Positions 26,028 through 37,786 of a DNA stretch of 64,000 nt are shown one piece after another. The stretch's first letter is position 1. Every line of letters starts with the position of its first letter. The notes under the pieces were generated by a model. That model worked only from the letters and a program-made list of their open reading frames with translations. It had not been told where the DNA came from and ran no database searches. The DNA is from Geosiphon pyriformis uo1 (Eukaryota > Fungi > Glomeromycota): contig JAAOMT010000211.1 in the NCBI GenBank assembly GCA_016748015.1, forward strand, positions 178,248 to 242,247. Reading direction: 5' to 3'. Position numbers and translations under genes: made by a program.

Positions 26028-29000
26028 ATAAATGTCTCAGTTTGGAAGATTGCCATGTGCAATGTTAGAAGCATGAACAATTCTGCTAAACAGGATAATA
26101 TAATTTGTTGGCATAAAGAAATGAACAATTTGATTTCTATTGTTACTGAAACTAAGTTAAAAGATAAAATTTGCCCATGAATTATGAATAAGTTTGATGG
26201 AGTTTGGATTTTTACTTCAGGTTTGGAATCTGATTATCTGGGTTCTGGTGTTGCAATCATCATGGACATTTCCTTGGCAAAGCATGTGTATAAAGTTTCT
26301 GAAGTATCTGGTTGGCTTCTTTCTCTCAAGTTGCTCTTCAAGGATAAACTTTTTGTTTCTATTTTGGGGCTCTATGCTGGTGCTTCTTCAGTAGTTCAGT
26401 TCTCTCAAGCTGGTAATGTCAATTTTATGATTGCTAGAGCCATCAATGAGTTCTCTTTTGTTGTTCTGGATGACGATTTCAATGAAAATGGCTCTCGTAG
26501 GAGTGCCAGTTTTAAAAAGTGTTTGGATCTTGGTCTGATCAATTCCTTAAATGGATGTTCTTATGTAAAAGAGCCTACATGGGCTAACTCTCATGGTGTG
26601 GCCAAGACAATCAATTTTTTGTTCATTTCTTCGAATTTGGCTAATGCTGTGATGGGTTGCAATGTGTTTGATGTTAGCAAATTTTTTGATACTGACCACT
26701 AGGCTATATCTGTGTCTGTGGGTTTGGGTGGGCTTCTAGATACATGGCTGAATTCTGTTTGCAAACAAACGAATAGAGATCAATGGAAGTTTGATTTCAA
26801 AAGTGCTACTGAAGCTAAGTGGAAAGAATTTGGAATTGTTATATCAGCCAATGCTGTGATGTTTTCAAATGAGTTTGCCACCTCTGTGAAGTTTTCAGAC
26901 TTGGATGTGATGTGGGATGTGGTTCACAAGATTGTGATTCTCTTGGCTAATGAAGTGTTCAAAAAAAAGTGGTTTAAGAGCTTTGATGATGTTTTTACCA
27001 AGGACTCTTTTAGATATCATAAGTTAGAGCTTTTGGTTTCTAAAATTGTTAAGACTTCTTGTAAAGGGTGTGTTGCAAATTTTGATTCTCTTATGAAGTG
27101 CTGGGTTTTTCTGAACAATGTTAGGGCTTTGGCTGTTCAGGTTATTGTGGATTCTGGTGCAGATTCTGGTCATGTTTGTTCTGCTTTTTTTGGTGCTAGA
27201 AGGGCTTATCACACGTCCAAACTTACTGAATCTTTGCGGGCTAAGGAGGCAGCCATTAGAGCTGCCATAGATAAGAGAATGGAGAGCTTTGAAGTAAATA
27301 AAAATCATACAATTAGAAGTGTTCTGGAACGGCCATTTCGTAAAGTAGTGCTTGATCATTTGGTTGTTGGTGATAAACTTATCCTGAAACCTGATTTAGT
27401 TAAGTCTAAGATAAATGTCATCATGGAGGGCTGGACTAGAAAGTGTCAGATGGTAGATGATGTTTCTGGTGATTGGTGCCACTAATACCAGTCATTGGAG
27501 TATGTTTTTGATGAAGCTTTTTCTGGTGTTATGAGTTCAATTGAATTTGAGGAATTGTTTGGGGTGGTTTCTTCTCTGCCTAATGGCAAGGCTGCTGGTC
27601 TTTTAGGAATTTCAAATGAGCTTTGAAAACATTGTGATAAAGCAGTTCTGGATATGCTTTTAGTGCTTTTGAATTCTTGTTTGTCTGGTGAATCTGTGCC
27701 TGGTTCTTGAAAAGAGGCCTGGATCTCGATAATTCTCAAACCATATGAATGGGAGGGTGTTCTTACAAATACTCGACCTATTGCTTTAATTGAGACAGCT
27801 TGTAAAATTCTTTCCAAGATCCTCTCTGATAGGATTTCTTCAATATGCAGCACTTTTAATGTTTTTCGTGGGGACAATTTTTTAGTTTTGAAGGGTACAA
27901 TGATCCAGTCTCCTATTTTTGTTATTAGTTCAGTCATTGAGGATGCTTTAGAGAAAAATCGGAAGCTTTGGTTAGTTTTACAGAATATGAAGAAAGCATA
28001 CAATTCAGTTGGCTGGGAGTATCTCGAAAAGAGTCTAATCAGGATTAAAATGTGCAGCAAGTTTATTTATTTTTTTGGTAGTATTTATAGAGATCATACC
28101 AATTGTGTTATAACAGATTTTGGTTTGACAGGTGGATATCAGATACACAATGGTCTGGACCAGGGAGAGATCTTTTCACCCCTTTTGTGGTGTATATTTT
28201 ATGATTCTTTGTTATGTGAAATCAAGCATTAGGAGAGTATGTGTAAGTATAGGTTGAATTCTCATTTTATTTCCAAAAGTAGTCATGCTGATTCCAAGAC
28301 TGGGCTTACTTTTTTTTTTGCTGCTGGCACTTTCATCAATGATACAATTTGGGTTGGCAGCAGTCAGAGTGCTACTCAATACATTTTTGATATTGCTAGT
28401 GAATTTTTTCAGATCAATGACATTTCTATTAATAATGATAAAACAGTGGCCATTCCCATCAACAACAGGATTAGCAATTCTTCTCTTTTTATCAATAATT
28501 CGTCCATCTCTATTGCCAGAAAAGGAGAGTCTCATCAGTATCTGGGTATTTTTTTTTTGACTGAGAGTTTCTTAAAGCCTAGTTTGGCTAAGGCACATTT
28601 GGATGTTCGTTTTTTTACCAATCTGGTTTTAAGAAAAGCTGTGTCAGACAAACAGTTCTTGTATTTGGTGTCAGCAGTTCTCCATTCTATTGTCAGTTAT
28701 AGAACTCAGTTCAGCTTTGTTCCTGTTGATGTGTATAATAAATGAGATGCTCTTATTCATAAAGACTTGAAGCTTAAGTCTGGTCTGCCTCTTGACTTCT
28801 CCAGTAATACAATACATCATCCTTCATTTTATGGTCTAAAGTCCTTTTTGCAGATTCAATCTGAGAGTAAGATTGCATCACTTGTTAGCTTTGTGAATTC
28901 TGGTGGAGTTCTGGGTCACTTGTTCTCTTACCAGGCGCATAACTTGCAGATTTGATGTTGGCGTCCTGTTCATTTTTTGGTTTTTTTTATTCACATTTGT

Positions 29001-30716
29001 ATTGACATCTCTAATAATTTTCTGGCAGGCATGGTTCATATTCTTCTTGATTGTAATTTATCTCTGAGTGGCCTCTTGGCCAATTTTTTCTGGTTTCATG
29101 ATGAGGTGTCCATGTTAGTTGTTTTGGGTGAGTTGAGATTTGTCAAGTTTTTTCCTTCTCTCTGGCGTTATAGTATTGCATTCATGGATCAACCTCATGA
29201 TCATTATGGTGCCACTTTTGATTGGTACACATTTAAATGGTAGAAAAGATTGGACTCTCGTGGCCCTGTTTTGAAGTGGTTCAAATTGTCTGCTGCATTT
29301 TTTAATGATGCATCTTTGTCTTTGACTTGTTTCTTGGCTGTATGTAGTAATAGTTCTCTGGACATTCTTGGGTCTAATGACTTCATGTCTGTTTGTGATC
29401 AGCTTTCGAGGATTGATAACAGTGTTTTGTCTGTATACATGGATGGATCCATGAAAGATCTGGGCACTGTTAGCTGTAGAGCTAGTGCTGCTGCTTTTTT
29501 TGAGGACATTGGTTTAGGCTTAGGTGTTGGTATTTCTGGTTTGATGTTTTCTATTCTGGCTGAATTGCAAGTCATTGCATTGGCTCTGGAATGTGCTCCA
29601 TTATCTAGTACTATTTATCTCTTTTTAGATAGTCAATCTGCTTTGGATGCTTGCAAGTCAGAACTGGGTTTGGTGTGTTCTGACTTTCATAATCAGTGCT
29701 GGGTTGAGCATCAACATATTGTTAATGTCATTCATGATAAGAATTTAAAGGTTAGTTGGCACAAGGTGAAAGACCACTCTGGTGTTTTGGGGAATAAGTG
29801 TGCTGACATGATTGCTGGTACCACCTCTCTTTTGAATTAGTGTCTTCCTCCTCGTTTGGATGAACATTTTATTGTGACTGATTATGGTGTAGTTTCTGAC
29901 AACTCTAGACATTTTGTTCTTGATATCTATCAGTCCATTTGTCATGCACATTGGGAGGTCAGTTCTGGCTCAAAGTTCTTGGAGGATGGTTTATGGTCTG
30001 ATGTTGACTGGGTTCACTCTTCATTGGTGTGGCATTCTGATTTGCATATGGCTGCCAGTTTCACCAGCCAATTCTCAGCTAATGCACACATGTATTTTAT
30101 AAAAGCTCTATATCATCACTTGCCTGTTGTCATTCGGAAGCATCTCTATAGGAGACTTTATCCCAGTGTGCTGTGCTTATATTGTAATGACATGGAGGTG
30201 TCAGATCATGCATTTTTTTATAGAGTTGATGAGTCTGCCTGCCGTCAGTTGTTGGACTCTTATGTGAATACTTGGAAGGCACTTTCTGGCTTTACTCATT
30301 CTTCTTTTAATGTGTTGTAGCTGTTGTCTTTTTGTACTTCTGGTTCTTCTGTGTCTGCAGCTTTCTTCAAAGGTTTTGTTTTTGATAATTGGTTCCGTGA
30401 AGCTGTTTCTATTTTCCACAATCCCAAAGTTGCTGGTATGGAGGTTGTTAAGTTTGTGCACTTTCTCAGTATGGCTTTTAGAGATAATATCTGGTTGGTT
30501 CGTGCTAAGCACTGCACCTATATGGAAAGAAATAGTTTGATTTCTCTTGATAGTTCAGTGCCTATTTTGGTTTCTGGTTTGGCTTCAGGACTCTTTGTTG
30601 GTGTTTTAAAACTGCTTGGAATCACTAATGCTTTTGGAATGCATTTTGGTTTTCGTAAATCTTGTTCATTTTTTTCAGGTGTTGATAATCCAGTGTCAGT
30701 TCATATAGCTATGTAG
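26028..30716 (+). pseudogene. LINE2 ORF2 (APE-RT-RNase H-Zn finger)
   Basis: WKIAMCNVRSMN, ETKL, DDFN, DTDH; QNMKKAYNSV, GLDQGEIFSPLLW, FIND; VYMDGS, AELQVI, LDSQ, KVKDHSGVLGNKCAD; CLYC..SDH. Confidence 0.93.
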
Positions 30717-32024
30717 TATTGTCCTAATTGGTCCAAGTGGCTGGTTATGTATAGAAAAAGCATAATTCACACCTAGTTTAGATCATTTCTTTAATGTATA
30801 GCACTAGGCTGTGTTTGAACTTCACTCGTTAAACTTAATAAAATAAAATAAAAAAAACATTAAAAACTATTTTAATATTAACAATAAAAATACTTTCAAA
30901 TATATTTTATAAACCAATAACAATAAAAAAAAGTGTAAATTTAGAAATTATTAAAAATTTAATAATCTTAAAAAAATAAAATTAGTAAATTCAATCTAAA
31001 TAGCAATATTTAAAAAAACTTAAAAAATAAACTTTATATAAAATAATTTTATATTGTTTTTAATTATTGATTTTATAATAATAAAACTATAAACTAATTA
31101 AAAAGCAGTTTTAATATAAGTTAATTAAATTTTAAAAAAAATATTAAATATTAAAATAAAAATTACTTACTTAAAAAATTTATAATAATTAATAATAGTT
31201 TTTTAAGTACTATTAAAAACAATACTATTAAAAAACAAAAAAAAACAGCTTTAAATTTTATTTAATTAATTAAAAATATATACAAAAACATAATTTATTT
31301 TGTTTTTAGTAATAATTAGTTAAAAATTAATATATTATATAATATAGCCAAGAAATAATTCAGACTTAGATTAGTTAATATTTTTTATTATTATTATCTA
31401 AAACAATTTTTTTTTATAAACATAATAAAACTGAATACTATAATTAGTGCAAATAATACAAAATTGGTAAAAAACCAAAAAAATCAAAGTTTTTTTTAAG
31501 TTTGTTAATATAGTAAATGTTTTATATTGTTATTTAATTTTAAGTTTATAATTAATATGTAAATTGAATATATACTATTTTTATTTTTATTTTTAAAAAA
31601 CCATTAAAGTTTTTTTGGTTTGCAATAAACAAAATAATTATAATTAACAAAAAATTTATTTTAAACTTAATTATCTGTTATTAATTACGAAGTAAGACAT
31701 AAAATAATAGCAATAATATTATTTTGTTAACAATTATAAACTATTTAGATTTTTTTAAAAAGATTAATTACATATATTGAATTCTTATATATTCAATTTG
31801 CTCTCTTTGTTAAATTCTTTTCATTAGCTTGTTACTCCAACCCGATATTCTATTTTGAGTTTACAAATTATTTAAATTGGGATTAAAAAACATTGACCAA
31901 TCAAGACTTCATAATAATATAAATTATGGACTTCATTCAAACGTGATTAAAGAGCATTCACATGATCTTCAAGTCATGATAATCTGATAAAAATTTGATA
32001 CTAAACGTGATCCAAACTTTAAAA

Positions 32025-32666
32025 ATGGTTGTCCGTATTCGTTTGGCACGACACGGCCTCCGCAATCGTCCTTTCTATCATATTGTGGTCGCAAACTCTC
32101 GTTCTAAGCGTGATGGCAAACCTATTGAGAAGGTTGGGACTTATGACCCATTTCCGACGTCAGAGGGGCATAAAAACATAGAATGGAACGGGGATCGTAT
32201 AAAGTATTGGCTGAGTGTTGGAGCCCAACCGAGTGATGTGGTTAATCGTCTTCTCTCAAAGGTAATCAAGTCATATACATAGTGATTATTCCCGTTCCTT
32301 TATCGAAACGATATTTTTGACAATCAAGACTTTTTAAAGGGTGGATTGATACCACCTATACCAAAACCTTGGTTGGCAAAATTGTTGGATTCTCCAGCGG
32401 CTGAGGGTATAGCAAAAATGCAAGAGAAAACGAAAAGGGAAAAAGAAAGGAAAAGATTGGAGAGGGAAAAGATAGAAATGGAAAAGGAAAATCAAAGAAA
32501 AAAGCAAAGAGAAAAGGAAAGGGAAAGGGAAAGGGAAAGGGAAAGGGAAAAGGAAAAGGAGGAAAAGGAAAAGGAAAAGGAGGAAAAGGAAAAGGAAAAG
32601 GAAAAGGAAAAGGAAAAGGAAAAGGAAAAGGAAAAGGAAAAGGACAAGGACAAGGAAAAAAACTGA
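32025..32666 (+). CDS. MRPS16: Mitochondrial ribosomal protein S16 (bS16m), 187 aa; exons 32025-32261, 32340-32666
   Basis: MVVRIRLARHGLRNRPFYHIVVANSRSKRDGKPIEKVGTYDP..IKYWLSVGAQPS; GT-AG intron 32262-32339 keeps frame (GGLIPP). Confidence 0.93.
32505..32662 (+). repeat. (GAAAAG/GAAAGG)n coding microsatellite
   Basis: Hexamer array encoding (ER/EK/DK)n. Confidence 0.95.
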
Positions 32667-33294
32667 AGTTCGAAACACAATTAATCAACTACTTTGCATT
32701 GACTTTTAAATTTTGAGCTATTGAAATGATTTATTTTTGAATATAAAAACAAGCTTCATTTTCAATTGATAGGAAAAAGAATAAGAGAACTCTTACGCTA
32801 ATATCTATTATTATCCTTTAATGAAAAATGTACCTTCCCTTGTGCTTAAGTTTTCGAAAAATAAAATTATTACTATTGATGAGATCCCCCAATTATTTCT
32901 TCGAGATTTGTGAAGGCATAACGCAATAACTTGACGAATGTAACTGACAGACCAGACTAGTAATTTTAAAGCATTATGATTCTTTTTGGAATTTAGTTCT
33001 TTCAAGCCTTTCTATTTGTATCTATGAAAGTTGTTAAACGAGAGTTCAGGTATATTCATAATTACATACCATAGATTTACCAATCATTTTAAAATTACAA
33101 AATCCTAATACAGCATACCTTTTAACTTTTTATTATTCTGTGATTAAAATTTATTGTTTCAAATTCTTTTGTCTTTGTCTCCTTTTCTTTGCTAACTTTA
33201 AAGAGAAATTTTCGGTTGTCCACCTTTTCTCTGAACCTTACTAACCTACAACCTTTCTAGATTATTCCTTCTTTTATACAATTGAAAGGTCGAC

Positions 33295-34298
33295 ATGAAC
33301 GCCCCCGATCGTTTTGAGTTGTTCATACTGCCTGAAGGGGTCAAGAAGTAAATTCTCCTGCTTTTGACTGTTTGTTCTTATTGACATGTCTATTAGAACC
33401 CAATTTTTTTTTGTTTCTGTGATTTTATTTTGCCAACTGTTTTGGATATTCATCTTTCTATCTAAAACGTTCTTTGATTTTACAAACTTATCTTGGCATT
33501 TTTGAGCACATTTTTCATCAAGTCCTTTTTTTATTCATCCTCACTATTTTGCCAACAGAATTACCTATACACCTGATCCTGTAGTTGAAAAGGCGGCCAC
33601 CTTTGTAATTGAAAAAGAAGATCACACTATTGGTAACCTTATACGATAGTAAAGTATCTTTTTTCAACGCATCAAATTGCAATTTCCCCTTGTAAGCAAA
33701 ACGACTTAGAAAATATGGAAATAAATATTTCTTGTTGGGTCAAATTTTCCCGTTGATCAGTCAGCTTTTAAAGGAGAATCAAGTTACATTCGCGGGTTAC
33801 AAAATGCCACATCCATTAGAGCATATTGTTACGGTCAAAGTCCAAACGGTCAAAGAAACTGCACCGGAAACGATGATGGCGAAAGCTCTCAATGATCTTA
33901 TTGGTTTGACAGGACATTTAAGGCAAAAGTTTGTGGTATGTTTACCCCTAGAATTATCTGAGTTTTATAAAAGAAAATTATATTAAGGAAATAGAAATAT
34001 CTCGAATTGTGAAAAGATTGACCTGGTATTGATGATAAGAGAATGGCGTGTAAAACTCTAATGGAAGAGGATATCATATCGGAAACATCTCCTTATATAT
34101 CTTGACTTATGAAATCATTTTTTATTAAATTAGGAAGAGTTAGCCAAAGCTAAAGCAGCTAATATTAAAGAAAACATTCATGCAGATCGCCAAGAGGCAA
34201 ATTTAATACCCCCAATTATGGCCTCAGCTTCATCTGGTGGACCTGTAAGCGGACAAGCAGCCGGTATGCCGCAACAACATGTAGATATGGACTTCTAA
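33295..34298 (+). CDS. RPB11: RNA polymerase II subunit RPB11, 160 aa; exons 33295-33347, 33559-33648, 33761-33935, 34134-34298
   Basis: MNAPDRFELFILPEG, KEDHTIGNLIR, FAGYKMPHPLEH; three GT-AG introns give a continuous frame ending DMDF*. Confidence 0.95.
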
Positions 34299-34528
34299 AG
34301 AAGGCAAGTCAATATCACTTTTTTGTTAGTTGGGGAAATTTGGGGTTGGTATGTTAGTAGTCTTTCTTGTCATAAATTCTCTCCCGAATGAATACTGCCC
34401 CAATTGCTACACTGTTATTATAGAGACCAATTATGGGAAAACTTTTCTAAAATCCAGCTTTTATTGAAGTGTTTCATTGAAAGGAATGTATTGTTTAAGT
34501 AGACGCATGGTGGCATTTGATCAGAAAC

Positions 34529-34999
34529 ATGAATTTTGTCAAGATAATATTCCAAGATCGAGCAAATCAAATGATAGAAATTAAAAATATTATGAAAATG
34601 ATACAATCAATCTTTCAAGTTAGAAAACAAGCTGATTCCGAATTGGGCTCGGTTGACGGACCCTTTAAAATAGAAAGAAGGAAAAAGTTTATCAGAGTTT
34701 TGACGCCGAATTATGTCCTATCAAATTTACCATGTATATCATTAATTCTGGACGAAGATGATTTCCTTTTTATGTTCATTATCTATCTGATGATTTATGT
34801 TCTTGATGCCGTACTCAAACAAAATTATCGTAAGCATGTTCTTCGGATGCTGTTGCTTGTACCGGATACTCTCTGGGAAATTTGGCACACCATAGATCAA
34901 TTCCTCTTTGGATTAGAGTTTCCCGGCCGGACTAATGGCGGAGTAATAGACCACAAAAGGATTAGAAGTGAGATTCCGGGTATTTTTTGGCGTCACTAA
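34529..34999 (+). CDS. Unassigned ORF (possible orphan gene or chance ORF)
   Basis: 156 stop-free codons in CpG-retaining DNA; no recognisable motif. Confidence 0.2.
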   Translation: MNFVKIIFQDRANQMIEIKNIMKMIQSIFQVRKQADSELGSVDGPFKIERRKKFIRVLTPNYVLSNLPCISLILDEDDFLFMFIIYLMIYVLDAVLKQNYRKHVLRMLLLVPDTLWEIWHTIDQFLFGLEFPGRTNGGVIDHKRIRSEIPGIFWRH

Positions 35000-36165
35000 A
35001 TTCTTATGATGAGGTAATTGTTTAAGCGCTTTCTTTGTTTACCGATGTTGCAGCAGGGGTCATCATTGATGTGCAACATACCTCTATGTTTAACCCCGTA
35101 AAAGGGAAGAATAATTTACCAATCACTGACATCCACCATTTGAGTCGAGTGAAATGAAGATAATGATTTTCAATGTGTACATGATGATGACTGTAAGAAG
35201 ATAGGCCAAAAGTTTTGAACGACATGAGATTGATCACAATTGTTTCTAAACGTGGTTTGCGACGAAAAAAAATGAATATTTTGCATGAATATGTGATGAT
35301 GATTACCAAAATTTCCCGAAATTTATCTCATGCGTGGGCTTTGCAAGAATAGTGGTACAACATTTGCCACGATTAAGTCGGTGTGGTTACTGGTAGGCTG
35401 TTATGTATTACGGGTCACTACACCAAAGCAAAAAGTTTCTTGCCAATAAACTTTATATTTTAAAACAGACTTAGTATTCACTACGGTACTGCGGAATAAA
35501 TTATTATTATTATTATTGTTGTTGTTACTTTTGTTTTTGTTGTTAAGTTTCTGAGGCAGATTCAGCAAGAAGGTTTGAAAATTTTCCATCAACCGATTTC
35601 ACCTATTACCCTTTAAAGAAGGTGTAAGCATTATCATTTTTCCATTTCTTTGATTTTTTGTATAATTTCTTAAGGGCGAATTGATAATGATATCGGGGTA
35701 ATTGATGATTTCGTAATATTCTTAGATAACCAGTTCTGATCATATTGAGTAATAATATTCAGTTTTCCTATCTCTAGCATTAAGAAGGTCAAGTTCTTTG
35801 GGTAACAATTTTAGATGTTCTCTTTAAAGTTTCAAAAATCATTTTGAAAGTAAAATTGACTAGACAGTAAGATATTTTTGAGAGAGAGAATCTAGTTAAA
35901 CATTTTATTTATTTATCTATCTATCTATTAGAAGATTGACTCGTGGCCCAGTTTTCAAAAGAGTAGAGTTTTTGTAAAAATTTCAAGATTTTTTTTTTCT
36001 TTTTTTTATAGAATTAGAGTTTCACCAGAAAAATTTTCAACAAGTAGGTAGTATTTAGTCTAAGTAGATTGAAAAAAACCACTACACGTATTTTAGATAG
36101 TTATGATAATGATGATGTGTAGGCTCGAAAGGGTTACATTGTTCATGTTCTTTCCTTAATTATCA

Positions 36166-36204
36166 NNNNNNNNNNNNNNNNNNNNNNNNNNNNNNNNNNN
36201 NNNN
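36166..36204. other. Assembly gap
   Basis: N run. Confidence 1.
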
Positions 36205-36824
36205 GAAACTTCTCACTTTAAATTTTCTTAATATTTCCTTACTACACAACATCCACTACTATTACATTGTCGTCGTCACTATTACCCATACTTTTAGTCT
36301 GGAAAAAAAAAAAACAATAACCAAAAATTATAACTATTACTACAGAAACTCATTATTTCAACACATTCTTTTTTAAAAAAATCACATCACTACGATACCA
36401 TACCACGCCTCACACGTTTAAATAGAGATAGTAGCTCCCTCGGTCCGAGTTTGTTTTAGTTTTTCCCTTTTTTTTTGAGGACCCAGTAATTAGAGATAAT
36501 AGGAAGCAATTTTTATTTAATACTTTTATTGGTAGCTTCTCTCTCCTCTTCTCTTCTTTTCTCTTCTCTTTCTTTCTTTCTTTCTCTCTCTCTCTATCAC
36601 TATCACTATTTCTATCTCCTCTCTCTCTTCACTTCGTTTCTTACTTCGTTTCTTACTTCATTTTGTTGAAACTGATCAGCTTTGATTTTGTTTTTTGAAC
36701 TTTGTTTATCTTTCAAAATTCTCATCTCTGTTTCGACAACCAAAACTCACTGTTTTATAGTATAGTATTATTATTATTTTATAATTATATTAATTTATTT
36801 GTAACAATTGCTTCAAGTTTCGAA

Positions 36825-37553
36825 ATGAATAATTTACCAACCGAAATACTTCATTATATTTTTTCCTCTCTTGCCGAAGACCAAAATGTTTTATTACGCG
36901 TTTCGATCGTGTGCAGACACTGGCATGCCATCACGCGTTCAATACTACATCGACATCCACAACTTTATAGTATCAAAGGTTTTCAAAAATTTCTAAAGAT
37001 TCCAAAAAGTAACGGGTTACTTGTACGTGAGGTTGACCTCTCGTTACTTCCACAACGCGGTTCAAGCATCAAAGACTCTGATATAATTTCATTGATCACA
37101 TTATGTCCAAACCTTACCGGACTCGATATCAATTTTTGTACACAACTTCAGGATACTACCCTACAATATATAGCAACCACACTAGGACCTCGGTTAACGA
37201 ATCTAAACGTATCTCAATGTCCAAAGTTCACCGATGTCGGATTTATGGCATTAGCGACCAAATGTACAGGTTTAACCACTTTGAACTTTTCATATACCGA
37301 TATCACCGATCTGGCTTTATCACAAATTGCTTCAACATGTCCGACAATTCGGTGGTTGAATCTAAAATGTTGTGAATTGGTGACGGATATGAGTTTGGTG
37401 GAGTTGAAACGATGGTGTAAGGAGTTACGAGTTGAGTTGGTCGGATGTTGGGGAGTTGTTATAGAAGATATAGAGATGGAATATGATGGATGGGTGACTG
37501 ATGAGGATGATGAGGAAGAAGAAGAGGAAGAAGATACAGTAGCGACGGTATAA
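36825..37553 (+). CDS. F-box/leucine-rich-repeat protein (FBXL type), 242 aa, intronless
   Basis: F-box LPTEILHYIF..VCRHW; Cys-containing LRRs (LxxLxLxxCxxITD); acidic tail. Confidence 0.9.
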   Translation: MNNLPTEILHYIFSSLAEDQNVLLRVSIVCRHWHAITRSILHRHPQLYSIKGFQKFLKIPKSNGLLVREVDLSLLPQRGSSIKDSDIISLITLCPNLTGLDINFCTQLQDTTLQYIATTLGPRLTNLNVSQCPKFTDVGFMALATKCTGLTTLNFSYTDITDLALSQIASTCPTIRWLNLKCCELVTDMSLVELKRWCKELRVELVGCWGVVIEDIEMEYDGWVTDEDDEEEEEEEDTVATV

Positions 37554-37735
37554 CATAGATTAATCATAATCATAATCATAATCATAATATCAGTGAATGG
37601 GATCGCTTAATAAATAATATCAGAATGAGTGTGAACTTTATCGGAGAAGGCTAAACGTCGAAGTTCTTAGTGGACCAATTATTACGATAAATAATCATCA
37701 CCATCATCTTCATAACAACTACAACAACAACAACA

Positions 37736-37737
<2 letters not shown>

Positions 37738-37784
<47 letters not shown>
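37738..37784. repeat. (CAT)n microsatellite
   Basis: About 15 perfect units. Confidence 0.95.

Positions 37785-37786
<2 letters not shown>

Larger units (their letters stand above)
14140..26031 (+). pseudogene. LINE2 ORF1 (split at 15809-25738)
   Basis: Start ATG apparently decayed to ATA (14140); RRM-like VFSKFGKIVSIKIQL..WQKALVEF; CARCKQFGH knuckle. Confidence 0.85.
14010..30852 (+). mobile_element. LINE retrotransposon 2, full length, interrupted by Ty3/Gypsy
   Basis: Candidate TSD aaaaacattaaaaa at 13996-14009 and 30853-30866; ORF1 14140-15808 + 25739-26031 rejoins in frame (KLV/PLIV); ORF2 26028-30716; 3' module and A tail. Confidence 0.93.

Noticed and set aside
32334-32688. Minus-strand (FL/FP/FS)n ORFs
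   Set aside because: Antisense shadows of the GAAAAG repeat in MRPS16
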